Assembly: GCA_035499455.1 (NCBI GenBank)
Contig: DATJYS010000007.1
Span: 130,787-194,786 of the forward strand
Direction: 5' to 3'
From: Thermoplasmata archaeon
Lineage (GTDB): Archaea > Thermoplasmatota > Thermoplasmata > Lutacidiplasmatales > UBA184
DNA: 64,000 nucleotides
How positions within the stretch are numbered: the stretch's first letter is position 1; each line of letters begins with the position of its first letter. The position numbers were made by a program, and so were the translations under genes. Positions 48,373 through 57,596 of the stretch are shown piece after piece. A model generated the notes under the pieces. It saw nothing but the letters and a program-made list of their open reading frames with translations. It did not search any database and was not told where the DNA came from.

Positions 48373-48530
48373 GTTGGGGACCTCGACCGACGACACTCCG
48401 AGGTATATTTCCGCCTTGTCGCGGGCTCCGTAGGGCGTCCCGGGCACCCTCCCGGGGCAGCGCCGGGCGGGGCCCCCCGGCGCCTTGCTCCGGAGGGACT
48501 CTAAGTAGGGGAGCCTGTCGGTACCGGTCG

Positions 48531-49559
48531 ATGCGCCCTGCCACGTCGACCGGAACGCTGGCCGGGATCGTCGCGTTCTTCCGACGACACCCCGTGCTCC
48601 TGCTCCTCGCGTTCACTCCGGGGATCCCGGAGTACCTTTCGGGCTCCAGCTCGACCGCCCTCCTGGTCGCATCCCCGGTCGTGTTCTTCCTGTTCCTCGG
48701 GCTCAATCTCGGCCTCTACGGTCCCGGCGTCCTCCTGCTGCGCGAGGCGTGGATCCGATGGGGTCGGAGCTGGGGCTCGCTGCTCCTGTTCGGAGCGGCG
48801 TACGGCCTCCTCGAGGAAGGGACGGCGCTCAGCACCCTGTTCAATCCGAACGCCTCCGTGGTGAACACCCTCGGGCACTACGGGCGCGCAGCGGGGGTCA
48901 ACTGGGTGTGGCTCATCGGCGTCCTGGGGATCCATATCGTGCTGAGCGTCGGGCTCCCGATCCTGCTCCTCGGGCTCGCGCTCCCCGAAACGCGCGGGCG
49001 ATCCTTGCTCTCGCGCCGGGAGAGCACGATCGCGGTCGGCGTCTACGCGGCCGACATACTCGCCCTCGTGGCGATCACCGGATTCTGGCGGGTCGAGCCC
49101 GGCTGGCTGGTAGGGGCCGTGGCCGCCGCGGCCGCGCTCTGGGTCGCCGCGGTGTCCCTCCCCCGGGGATTCCTGGACCCCCCCGGGGAGACGGCGAGAT
49201 TGAGTCCAAGCGCCTTCTTCTTCCTGGGGGTCGCGTTCTTTCCGATCCTGCTGCTCGTCCCGGCCTTCGGTGAGGATCTCCATCTCCCCGCGCCGTTCGT
49301 CGGACTGGCCGAGATTCTGCTCGCGGCCGCGCTGTTCCTGGGAGTACGCCAGACGATCGGACGAAGGGGGAACGCCCCGCACCTGATCCTACTCTCGTTC
49401 GGGGCGACCGTGCCGATCGCGCTCATCGGGCTCGTCAGCCAGATCCGCCTGCCCATCGAGCTGGTGGTTGACGGGCTGTACGGCGCGTTCTTCTGGCAGC
49501 TCTGGAGGCATTACCAGACCCCGATCGCTCTCGTGGTCCCGAGCGGAGCCGCCGGGTGA
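48531..49559 (+). CDS. multi-pass membrane protein, hypothetical
   Basis: 8-9 TM helices, non-biased. Confidence 0.55.
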   Translation: MRPATSTGTLAGIVAFFRRHPVLLLLAFTPGIPEYLSGSSSTALLVASPVVFFLFLGLNLGLYGPGVLLLREAWIRWGRSWGSLLLFGAAYGLLEEGTALSTLFNPNASVVNTLGHYGRAAGVNWVWLIGVLGIHIVLSVGLPILLLGLALPETRGRSLLSRRESTIAVGVYAADILALVAITGFWRVEPGWLVGAVAAAAALWVAAVSLPRGFLDPPGETARLSPSAFFFLGVAFFPILLLVPAFGEDLHLPAPFVGLAEILLAAALFLGVRQTIGRRGNAPHLILLSFGATVPIALIGLVSQIRLPIELVVDGLYGAFFWQLWRHYQTPIALVVPSGAAG

Positions 49560-49641
49560 CCGTCATCAGAGGACGCCGCCAACCGCGCTCGTCCGGCGGC
49601 GGTCCACCGGCGGAAACCGAGGCCGGCGCGCGGAGGACGGG

Positions 49642-50160
49642 TCACTTCGACGCGCGTCGCCGCCGCTTCGGAAGCACTCCGAGCCGACGCGCCAGCCGAC
49701 GATGGTCGGCCGCCTCGACCCACTCGACCTTGAGGTACTCGACGAGCTCGGGGTCGGTCATGCCGATCCGTCGGCCTTCCTTGACCGTGAACGCGTACGC
49801 CTCGATCTCGGTCGGGACGTCGACGTACTTGCGCTTCCGGTCGAACAGCGGACGGCCGGCGCGGAACTGCTTGACGTGGCAGAGTTCGTGGACGACGTCG
49901 AGGTAGACCGTCCGGAGGTCGCTGGTCTTGAGGTGGTGGCTGCTGACGATCAGGTGGCCGTCGACGTCGCTCGTCCCCATGTAGCCGAACGGCGGTGAGA
50001 AGAATTCGACCTTCAGGTTCCGCAGGATCGTCGCGGCCTTCGCGCCGAACAGCTCCCGCACCGGGGGCGCCCGGTCGAACCCCCGGAAGAACCGGGAGAA
50101 CGGGTAGAGCCGGATCGGGGCGACGCGCTGGATCCGAACTCCCTGGTACGTCTCGATCAT
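49642..50160 (-). CDS. minimal HExxH...E putative metallopeptidase, paralog B
   Basis: DVVHELCHVKQ, then TEIEAYAFTVKEGRRIG...EYLKVEWVEA..HRRLARRLG. Paralog of 14245..14823. Confidence 0.55.
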   Translation of the reverse strand: MIETYQGVRIQRVAPIRLYPFSRFFRGFDRAPPVRELFGAKAATILRNLKVEFFSPPFGYMGTSDVDGHLIVSSHHLKTSDLRTVYLDVVHELCHVKQFRAGRPLFDRKRKYVDVPTEIEAYAFTVKEGRRIGMTDPELVEYLKVEWVEAADHRRLARRLGVLPKRRRRASK

Positions 50161-50411
50161 CGCCGCGTGCCGCCCTCGGGGAGCCCGGCGCGAGGCTCGC
50201 CCGGCTCTTTAGCCCCTTCGGGAGCCGGTGAACCGGGCGGGGCGGATCCGACAGGGCCGGCCGGGAGGTCGGCACGCTCGCGGGGTCCCGCGGGAGCGTC
50301 GGAGGAAGCATTGCGTCGATTGTTCGGGACGATTCGCTCCATGGGTTCCTAACGCCCTAGTAGGCCCACCGGGATGGGGCGACCGGAGAGCAATCTCCTC
50401 ACGGAATCGAA

Positions 50412-51023
50412 ATGGCGAAGAAATGGCTGATAGGAATGGTCGCGGCGATCTCGGTCGTGTGCATGGCCGGCGTCGGGTTCTCGGCGTTCACCGCCCTGGC
50501 CCAGGTCAACGGCAACGCCACGGCGGCGACGATGGGGCTCGAGATCGTCCAGAACTTCACGACGGGCTGCTACTACAACCTGAACGTCGCGGGTGCGCCC
50601 GGTAACTACTCGTTCTCGAACGAGAACGCCGCCCAGACGTCGATCTCGCTGGTCGCGTCGAACCTGACTCCCGGCATCAACTGCCGGGCGTACCTGGAGC
50701 TCGAGAACACGGGTTCCGTCCCCGTGAACGTGAGCGTCGCCCTCGACACCGCTGGGGCGGACGGGATCTGCACGGCGTGGGCCCTCGACTGCTTTGACGT
50801 CTATACGCTGTCGGGCATCGAGGCGTCCGGGTGGCTGTACTGGAGCGGATCGCCGACGGCCGGCACCTCGAGCGATGCGTACTCCAACTGGGCTACGCTC
50901 GCCCCGGGCGCCATGGTCTGGGACGTCGTCCTGGTCGACATTCCGTTCGGGTCGGACAACGGGACCCCCTCCTCCGGGGCGTTCTCGCTCGTCTATACGG
51001 CGGCGCCCGAGTACGGCTACTAG
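50412..51023 (+). CDS. secreted TasA/camelysin-like protein (SipW-cognate-type signal peptide)
   Basis: The N-terminus MAKKWLIGMVAAISVVCMAGVGFSAFTA resembles the K-rich plus GxGxF[AS][YA]F[ST] signal of the TasA family. The mature part is a beta-rich domain with LELENTGSVPVNVSV. Confidence 0.4.
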   Translation: MAKKWLIGMVAAISVVCMAGVGFSAFTALAQVNGNATAATMGLEIVQNFTTGCYYNLNVAGAPGNYSFSNENAAQTSISLVASNLTPGINCRAYLELENTGSVPVNVSVALDTAGADGICTAWALDCFDVYTLSGIEASGWLYWSGSPTAGTSSDAYSNWATLAPGAMVWDVVLVDIPFGSDNGTPSSGAFSLVYTAAPEYGY

Positions 51024-51139
51024 GGCGCACGTCGGACAGGACCGACGAACCTCTTCCCCCGGCCCGGGGTGGCGCGAGCCGCCCCGGGCCTCTTCGTACC
51101 GATCCCCTCGGCTCGTCCGGGCGTCGTCGCGACCCGGGT

Positions 51140-51397
51140 CTAGCGAAGGTTGCCGGCCCGCGAGCGAAGCCGAACGGCGAGCAGGATCCGCGTGAGGATC
51201 ACCCCGATCGCCCCGGCGGCGAGGACGGCGAACACGGCGAGGTTGGACAGTCCCCAGCGGCTCCGCTCGACGGCGACCAGCAGGACGAGCAGCATAACGG
51301 TGAGATCGAGCAGGCCGAGGAGCGTCAGCACCCGTCCGAGCTGCCGTCGGGCGGTGACCCCGGCCGGGGTCGGGGGAGCGGCGGAGCGAAGGAACAT
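51140..51397 (-). CDS. small two-TM membrane protein
   Basis: LTLLGLLDLTVMLLVLLVAV and LAVFAVLAAGAIGVILTRILLAV. Confidence 0.3.
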   Translation of the reverse strand: MFLRSAAPPTPAGVTARRQLGRVLTLLGLLDLTVMLLVLLVAVERSRWGLSNLAVFAVLAAGAIGVILTRILLAVRLRSRAGNLR

Positions 51398-51486
51398 GGT
51401 CGCCCTCGTCGCGACGGGGCTGCCCCCTATCACTCCTCCCGTTCGCCGGAGCCAACCTTATGCGGGGCGGTCGGGCTCGCGGAGGC

Positions 51487-51927
51487 ATGGTCCGCTACAC
51501 CGACGACACGACCGTCCCCGTACCCCGCGAACGGCTGTGGCGCCTCTTGGACCTGCACTCCCAGGATGCGGTGATCCCCCGCATCCATCCGGAGGTCGTC
51601 TCCCAGGAGACGGTGAGCCAGAAGCCCGGCGAGTACGTCGTGAAGCGCGGAGTGAAGGTGATCCGCAAGGTCGCGACCGCGAACTGGAAGGTGACGTACC
51701 AGGCGCCGGACCGGTTCCGGTGGGAGATCCTCGACGGGAATGGGCCGTGGAGCGCCGGAAGCTACCTCTCGGTCGCGTACTCGGACGTCCCGGGCGGAAC
51801 TCGGATGGTCAGCGAAGGTGAGCTGACCGTCGTCGGTCTCCCCGGATTCCTTCAGAACCGGATCGTGCGCTCGGCGCTGGCTCGGGTCCACGACGAGGAC
51901 GCCGAGTACCTTTCCCAGAACCCGTGA
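51487..51927 (+). CDS. SRPBCC-superfamily (polyketide cyclase/dehydrase-like) protein
   Basis: MVRYTDDTTVPVPRERLWRLLDLHSQDAVIPRIHPEVV is a typical SRPBCC N-terminus. Confidence 0.55.
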   Translation: MVRYTDDTTVPVPRERLWRLLDLHSQDAVIPRIHPEVVSQETVSQKPGEYVVKRGVKVIRKVATANWKVTYQAPDRFRWEILDGNGPWSAGSYLSVAYSDVPGGTRMVSEGELTVVGLPGFLQNRIVRSALARVHDEDAEYLSQNP

Positions 51928-52108
51928 TCCCGCCGACCCCCCTCGGCGTGCCACCCCGCGCCGAACGGCCGAAGCGAGCAGTTTCGGCGCCTCGCCGTCG
52001 GGACCGATACCCGTCCCGACCGGTTCTCTGCGGTTGGACCGTACGACCCGGGCGATGGGGCCCCGCGACCCGCGTGCCGGAGCCTGCCCCCGAACCGGCG
52101 GGTCCCCG

Positions 52109-52357
52109 CTAGTGGGGGATGGGGTGCGACTTCAGGGAGGAAAGCTTCGCCTGTTCGTCGAAGAGATCGCGCAGGTGCCCGTTGCAGAGCACGTACTGCT
52201 TCTCGCCCGCTCGGGCCGCGGGGAACGACCGCGGCTCCGGGGCCTCGGGAGAGCACGGGTTCGACCCTCCGGACGTCTCGGCGGGCGAGCGACCGATCAG
52301 TTCCCGGTAGGCCCGGTCGACTTCGCAGACCGGCCGGGCGGCGCGGGACGGAAGCAT
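52109..52357 (-). CDS. small Cys/His-containing hypothetical protein
   Basis: 82-aa ORF from an ATG. The C-terminal EKQYVLCNGHLRDLFDEQAKL is protein-like. Weak call. Confidence 0.2.
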   Translation of the reverse strand: MLPSRAARPVCEVDRAYRELIGRSPAETSGGSNPCSPEAPEPRSFPAARAGEKQYVLCNGHLRDLFDEQAKLSSLKSHPIPH

Positions 52358-52680
52358 CGACCGCCTGGCTAGCCGGGGCGGACGCCGTCGTGGACTTCGA
52401 CGTTGCCCGGCCGGACGTCCAGGCCGAGGCGACCGAGGGAGCGCAGGCTCTTCGAGACCGGCTCGTGCTGCGGCCGGGGCAGGACGAGGTCGAGGTGGGC
52501 GACGCGGATGTGGTTGGGCCAGACGTGGATCTGTTTCACAATGTATAGAGCCCGGGGAGGGCTCTTGAACTCTCCGTTCCCACTCGCTCTCCGTGCGAGC
52601 GCGGCGCACGCGAAAGGTTCGCGCGGCGCGCGGGTCGGTGCCGCACGGGTCCGACCCGAGACGGTTTCTCCCTCCGAGGA

Positions 52681-53073
52681 TTGGGGGCGGGCACGCACCG
52701 CGGCATCGAGATCGGCCTCCACCTGAGGCCCGGGCTATCCGACGAGGCGTTCGTCGCCCGAGCGATCGGCAACCTCGCCGCCTTCCGACTCGGCGAGACC
52801 CGAGGCGAGCGGCTCGACTGGCAGGTGATCCGGGTCGAGATGCCGAACAGCCACCACTACCGGCTCGTCCTTCGGCACCCCGACCGGGTCCTCGACGTGG
52901 GGATCACTCGCGACCTCGCCGCGCTGCTCCACGACCTCTCGAAGGAGACGGTCGAGGAGCTGCGCGCGCGGTTCGAGGCGGCGGAACGGGACGGGATGAA
53001 ACCGGTCCCCCTGCGGCACGTGACCGAGGAAGTCGACTTCTGGCGGGACGACTTCTGGAACTGGTTCGGCTGA
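52681..53073 (+). CDS. hypothetical protein
   Basis: 130 aa, non-biased (RLVLRHPDRVLDVGITRDLAALLHDLSKETVEELRARFEAAERDG). Confidence 0.4.
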   Translation: MGAGTHRGIEIGLHLRPGLSDEAFVARAIGNLAAFRLGETRGERLDWQVIRVEMPNSHHYRLVLRHPDRVLDVGITRDLAALLHDLSKETVEELRARFEAAERDGMKPVPLRHVTEEVDFWRDDFWNWFG

Positions 53074-53117
53074 GGAGCCCGACGGACCGCGACGCGCGGT
53101 GACGCCCGGGAGCGCGG

Positions 53118-54152
53118 TCAGCGCTGGGATGGGGAGGTAGGAGGGTCCGCGGCGGTCGACTTCTTCCGGTCGAGCATCCCGGAGAGCGCCCCGAGCATCG
53201 TGGCCCACTTCCGCAGCGGTTCGATCCACGGACGGTAGCGGTATCCCGGGTAGGCCGGTTCGGCGCGCGCGCCCTGGATCGCGAGCCGCACCTCCAGCGC
53301 GGCGAACCCGACCGCCGTCGCGCCGAGCAGGACGAATCCTGCGAGGACGAATAGAGACCCGGGAAGCAGGAGCAGGATCGCCCCGAGCACGGCCCCCGCG
53401 GGGAGGGCGAGGTAGACGAGGTCGGCGTGGGACGCCTCGTACGTCGTGCCGTGGGTCCTCCAGACGACGTACGCTCCGCTCGCATACCGGTACTGGCGGC
53501 GGAGCAGCGAGCCCAGGTCGAGCTCGGTGTAGTCGTGGTAGACGAACGCCTCGGGAACGTACGCCGACTTCCAGCCGCGCTGGACCGCGCGGTTCTCGAA
53601 CTCCTGGTCCTCCGCCCCGTTCGTGGGCAGCGCCGCGACGAGCGGGCCGAGCTCGTCGAACAGGCGTTTGCGCCACGCCGAGTTCCCCATCGGGATCGCC
53701 CAGGGGCGGCTCCGGACCACCTCTTCGTAGAAGCGGCGGAGGTAGGCGTTGTAGTACTGCGCCGACCGGTTCCTCGCGGTCTCGGCGAGCGCCGGCGTCG
53801 GTCCCCCGGTGAACCCGATACGCTCGTCCGCGAGCAGAGGGCCGATCAACGCGCCGAGCCACTCCGGCGGCGCCACTTCGTCCGTGTCCAGGAACGCGAT
53901 GAGATCCGTCGTGATCGACCGGATCGCCTGGTTGCGGCTCTCGGTGATCGAGCCCGGGGCGGAGAGGTGGACGAACCTCGGGTCGGCGGCGCGGTACCGC
54001 TCGCAGATCGCGGCGATCTCCGGCGAGCGGCCGCCGTCCGCGATCAGCACGACATCCGGCGGTCGACGCTGGGCCCGGAGCGAGTCGAGCGCCCGGGCGA
54101 GGCGCGGGTCGTCGAGGACGGTGACGATGACGGTGACGCTCAGTATCCCCAT
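53118..54152 (-). CDS. family-2 glycosyltransferase with C-terminal TM region
   Basis: VTVIVTVLDDPRLARALDSLRAQ...FLDTDEV (DxD) and NSAWRK. Two C-terminal TM helices. Confidence 0.7.
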   Translation of the reverse strand: MGILSVTVIVTVLDDPRLARALDSLRAQRRPPDVVLIADGGRSPEIAAICERYRAADPRFVHLSAPGSITESRNQAIRSITTDLIAFLDTDEVAPPEWLGALIGPLLADERIGFTGGPTPALAETARNRSAQYYNAYLRRFYEEVVRSRPWAIPMGNSAWRKRLFDELGPLVAALPTNGAEDQEFENRAVQRGWKSAYVPEAFVYHDYTELDLGSLLRRQYRYASGAYVVWRTHGTTYEASHADLVYLALPAGAVLGAILLLLPGSLFVLAGFVLLGATAVGFAALEVRLAIQGARAEPAYPGYRYRPWIEPLRKWATMLGALSGMLDRKKSTAADPPTSPSQR

Positions 54153-55597
54153 CCGGCGATCCTCTGCGAGACGGAGGTGGGCTCGGGCAGGGTGAGGACG
54201 GTCTGGAGCTTCGGGGCGAGCTCGCCGACTCCGGCTTCGGCATAGTCGGGGTCCTCGGGTCGGAGCCAGCGCGCCGTCGACCCGTCGATGCGGAACCGGT
54301 GCTCGACGCCCGATTGGTCGAGGATCGTCTTGAACGGCCCCCGGTACGCGGCGACCTGGACCCGGTCGAGCTCCTCCCGACGCGCCGCGGAGAGGGCGCC
54401 CGACTCATGCTTCGCCAGCCCGTCGGTCAGGGAGAAGACGGTGCGCTCTCCCGTTCCTTCCGCCGACGTCAGCGCGACGCTCGACGCGTCGCCGAACGTC
54501 GCGCCGGGATCGATCGCGGAGACGACCGTCGTCGGCACGTCGACGAGGCTCACCCAGGCCCGGTCGCGGGGACCGCCCGGCCCGGACGGCGGCTTCACCC
54601 AGAGGGGGATCCGCGTGATCTCCTCCTGGAGGTTCAGCCGGTGGTACATGCTCCCCCCTTCGCCGAACGTCTGGCCGTGGTCGCTCGTCAGGATCAGGAG
54701 CGTGTTCTCCCAGCGGCCCCGCGCCCGGAGGTGGCCGGCGAGGGTGCGGATCCGCTCGTCCAGGACGCGCATCGATGCCAGGTAGTCGCGACGGGACCAG
54801 GCGAGGTCTGCCGGGGAGGGGCGGCTCTCGCCGCGCTTCCACTCCTCCGAGACCTGCGTCGTGCGCGCGTAGGCGAGCCACTCCTGGAGCCCGACCGGTA
54901 GCCCGGCCTCCGCGAAGTACGGCTCGTGGGCCTCGAGCAGGTTGACGAAGAAGAAGACCGGCCGGCCGGTGTTCGCCCCGAGCGCCGCGTCGAACTCCGG
55001 TTCGATCCACGCGCCGACGTACGCGGGCGAGGCGTGGACGACCTTCCCTCCGACCCGATTCAGGACGTCGCACATCGGGGTGAACCGCGAGAGCGCGCGC
55101 ATCATCCCGACCCGCAGCGCCGACGCGCGGGAGTCGCTGTCGAGGATCGCGTGGACGGCGGCGTCCTCGCCGTTCAACGAGGGGCAGCTCGCCTCGCGCG
55201 CCAGGATCCGCAGGAAGAACTCGCGGTCGCCGCCCCAGAGCGAGCGGTCGAAGCCTCGCGTGAGTCCGGTGCCCGGCTGGACGTAGCCGTTCGCCGAGAA
55301 GCACTCGGTCCGGTACCCCTTCTCCCGCAGGAACTCGGCGAGAGTCGGCACCCCCGGGCCGAGCATCGCCCCGCCCTTGTAGTGGGCCCCGTGCTCCCAC
55401 GGGTACCGCCCGGTGAACAGGCTCGCGTGCGACGGGATCGTCCAGCTCGCGGGGGCGACCGCCTTCGAGAACCGGAGGAACTGGTCCTGCACGGAAGCGA
55501 GGAACGGAAGGGCGCCGGAGGCGAGCTGCTGCGCGAACAGGTCGTACCGGACGCAATCCATCACGACCAGGACGACGTCCGGGGGGTCCGACCTCAT
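54140..55597 (-). CDS. sulfatase-like hydrolase/transferase (alkaline-phosphatase superfamily)
   Basis: VVLVVMDCVRYDLF...SWTIPSHASLFTGRYPWEHG. The formylglycine C/S-x-P-x-R motif is degenerate (S-W-T-I-P-S-H), so it may not be a true sulfatase. Start taken at MRSDPPD. Overlaps the downstream GT2 start by 13 nt. Confidence 0.65.
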   Translation of the reverse strand: MRSDPPDVVLVVMDCVRYDLFAQQLASGALPFLASVQDQFLRFSKAVAPASWTIPSHASLFTGRYPWEHGAHYKGGAMLGPGVPTLAEFLREKGYRTECFSANGYVQPGTGLTRGFDRSLWGGDREFFLRILAREASCPSLNGEDAAVHAILDSDSRASALRVGMMRALSRFTPMCDVLNRVGGKVVHASPAYVGAWIEPEFDAALGANTGRPVFFFVNLLEAHEPYFAEAGLPVGLQEWLAYARTTQVSEEWKRGESRPSPADLAWSRRDYLASMRVLDERIRTLAGHLRARGRWENTLLILTSDHGQTFGEGGSMYHRLNLQEEITRIPLWVKPPSGPGGPRDRAWVSLVDVPTTVVSAIDPGATFGDASSVALTSAEGTGERTVFSLTDGLAKHESGALSAARREELDRVQVAAYRGPFKTILDQSGVEHRFRIDGSTARWLRPEDPDYAEAGVGELAPKLQTVLTLPEPTSVSQRIAGWGY

Positions 55598-55730
55598 GGC
55601 CCTCAGAGTTCGGAGAGAGGGCGGGGTGGGGGTAATAGCGCTGTCGGCGCCGAGCGGTCCGGAATCATCGAAACACGCCCGCGTGGGACGAGCCGAGCCG
55701 TCCGGAGCCGCCGGGGAGCACCGCCGGATC

Positions 55731-56162
55731 CTACGGAGGGAGCGTCCGACCGCACCGAGGGCAGAAGCCGTAGGCCGCGGTGACCGCGGCCCCACACCCG
55801 GGGCAGCGGCGGGTACCCGCGACGGGGGCGGCGGGCACCGTAGGCTCGTTCGGGGGTGGGGCGGGCGCCGTGGGCATCGCGGTGAAGGAGTAGGGCGTAG
55901 AGGCGGCGGTTACCGGGGGCCCCTCTGTCTCGGTCGACTCCCGGAAGAGAGCGGCGGCAAGGAACAGCATGCCGATGATGATGAGCCCGAGTCCGATCAA
56001 CGCGGAGACTTCGAACGCATCGCACTCCCCGGTCGTGCAGATCGGGGGCTGGGGGTAGGTGAAGACGTACCCGGCGATGACGAACGAGAAGAGGAGGCCC
56101 ACGAACGTCACCCAGAATCCGATCCGGAGCCGACGTCGATCGAGCGCCATCGGCGGGTTCAC
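55731..56162 (-). CDS. two-TM membrane protein with C-terminal zinc ribbon
   Basis: Two TM helices, a Pro-rich linker, then RCPGCGAAVTAAYGFCPRCGRTL. Confidence 0.5.
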   Translation of the reverse strand: MNPPMALDRRRLRIGFWVTFVGLLFSFVIAGYVFTYPQPPICTTGECDAFEVSALIGLGLIIIGMLFLAAALFRESTETEGPPVTAASTPYSFTAMPTAPAPPPNEPTVPAAPVAGTRRCPGCGAAVTAAYGFCPRCGRTLPP

Positions 56163-56203
56163 GCATCGTCGGGCTTAATCGTTCGGAACCGTCGGGTCGT
56201 CGT

Positions 56204-56539
56204 GTGCGCGACACGGGGAGCGGGGTCCCGGGAGCGCGCCTTCGGATCCGCGTGACCCCCGGAAGCTCGCGCGACTCCCTCGCGTGGGATCCGTGGCGAT
56301 CGTGCTGGACCGTCTCCTGCCGCGCGGTCCCGCTCCGCGGGAGGGCGAATCAGGCGGTCGCCGCGCTGCTCGCCGGCTGGCTTCGCGTTCCACCGGAGTC
56401 GGTCCGATGGGAGCGGGCCGGATCCTCCCGGGAGAAGACGGTCCGGATCGAGGGGATCACGACTCCGGAGCTCGAGCAGCGGCTGGCTCCGTACCGTCTC
56501 CGACCGGCTGCCGACCCCGGCGGAACGAGCCCTCAATGA
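56204..56539 (+). CDS. DUF167 (YggU/UPF0235) family protein
   Basis: RLRIRVTPGSSRDSLAWD...ANQAVAALLAGWLRVPPESVRWERAGSSREKTVRIEG matches the family hallmark pattern. Confidence 0.65.
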   Translation: MRDTGSGVPGARLRIRVTPGSSRDSLAWDPWRSCWTVSCRAVPLRGRANQAVAALLAGWLRVPPESVRWERAGSSREKTVRIEGITTPELEQRLAPYRLRPAADPGGTSPQ

Positions 56540-56562
56540 CGCCGCCCGCTCCCGGGCCCCGT

Positions 56563-56970
56563 TCAGGGTCTCGTCTCGGTCGGAGCCGCAGGAACGCTGG
56601 CGCGGTAGACGAGCACCAGCGATCCGGATACGATCACCGCGGCCCCGAGGAGCGATCCCCACAGCGCGGGCTCCGGCCGGGGCAGAAGGAGACCGAGTCC
56701 CGTCACCACAATAACGGCGGGTGCAACGAACAGCGCGAGCCAGCGCAGCGTATGCCGCCGGTCGCTGAACGTTGGCGCATGCGGGGACGAGGGCGAACCG
56801 GCGAGCCGGGGGCTCCGCAGGTCGAAGAAGCCGAACTTCCCGCAGAGGGGACAGCGCATGTACCGTCGTCCGCCGAGCCGGAGCGCCGAGACCGACGCCC
56901 CCGGAATGTAATCGTAGTTGAACGACCGGCCGCACGCCGGGCACTCCAGGGGGAGCGTGGGGGGGGTCAC
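56563..56970 (-). CDS. zinc-ribbon plus two-TM membrane protein, translationally coupled to NUDIX gene
   Basis: The GTG start at 56970 overlaps the NUDIX TGA (GTGA). Product: VTPPTLPLECPACGRSF...MRCPLCGKFG, then two TM helices. Confidence 0.5.
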   Translation of the reverse strand: MTPPTLPLECPACGRSFNYDYIPGASVSALRLGGRRYMRCPLCGKFGFFDLRSPRLAGSPSSPHAPTFSDRRHTLRWLALFVAPAVIVVTGLGLLLPRPEPALWGSLLGAAVIVSGSLVLVYRASVPAAPTETRP

Positions 56971-57596
56971 GAGGGCTCCCCTCCGTTGGGCAAGGATTCG
57001 GGCGAGGGAGAAGGGGAGCGGACCTCCGCGGCCGCCGGCGCGAAGAGCGGTCCTCCGGAGTCGCTCTCGGACGGCAGGTCGAAGAAGTCCCGCAGCACCC
57101 GACGGGTGAACCCCCAGACGATGTGGCCCTCGAAATAGCTCGCCGGGTGCTCCGCGCGGGCCGGCTCCGCCCCGTGCCGATACGGCTGGGGAGGGTCGAG
57201 GTGGCTCTTGGGGAACCAAAACACATGGGCGACCTCCCGCGGGTTGTGGACCCGCGGCGCTGGGGCGGAGCTCCCGAGCTCGCCCACGAAGACGCCGACC
57301 TTCAGGCCGAACCGGGGCGCCGGTTGCACGCGGACGAACCGTACCGCGCCGGTGAGGTCGGACTCGGTCAACCCGACCTCCTCCTCCAGCTCTCGGGCGG
57401 CGGTCGCGCGCAGGCTGCCGTCCGCGCCCTCGACGCGGCCGCCCGGCAGGGCGACCTGACCGGACGCGGGGTCGGTGGGGCTCTTGGTCCGCTCGATTAA
57501 GAGGACCTCGGTCTCCTGGGTCCCGTCGCGAAGGACGAGGGTCACCGCCGCCCCGGCGCTCGACACCGGGGGCTCGAGGACCGTGTATCTCGAGAC
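56967..57596 (-). CDS. NUDIX hydrolase
   Basis: Nudix box GQVALPGGRVEGADGSLRATAARELEEEVGL. The start codon is not resolved: the reading frame is open far upstream through low-complexity sequence and the first ATG is ~90 codons upstream. The 57596 boundary is approximate. Confidence 0.6.
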   Translation of the reverse strand, partial: VSRYTVLEPPVSSAGAAVTLVLRDGTQETEVLLIERTKSPTDPASGQVALPGGRVEGADGSLRATAARELEEEVGLTESDLTGAVRFVRVQPAPRFGLKVGVFVGELGSSAPAPRVHNPREVAHVFWFPKSHLDPPQPYRHGAEPARAEHPASYFEGHIVWGFTRRVLRDFFDLPSESDSGGPLFAPAAAEVRSPSPSPESLPNGGEPS

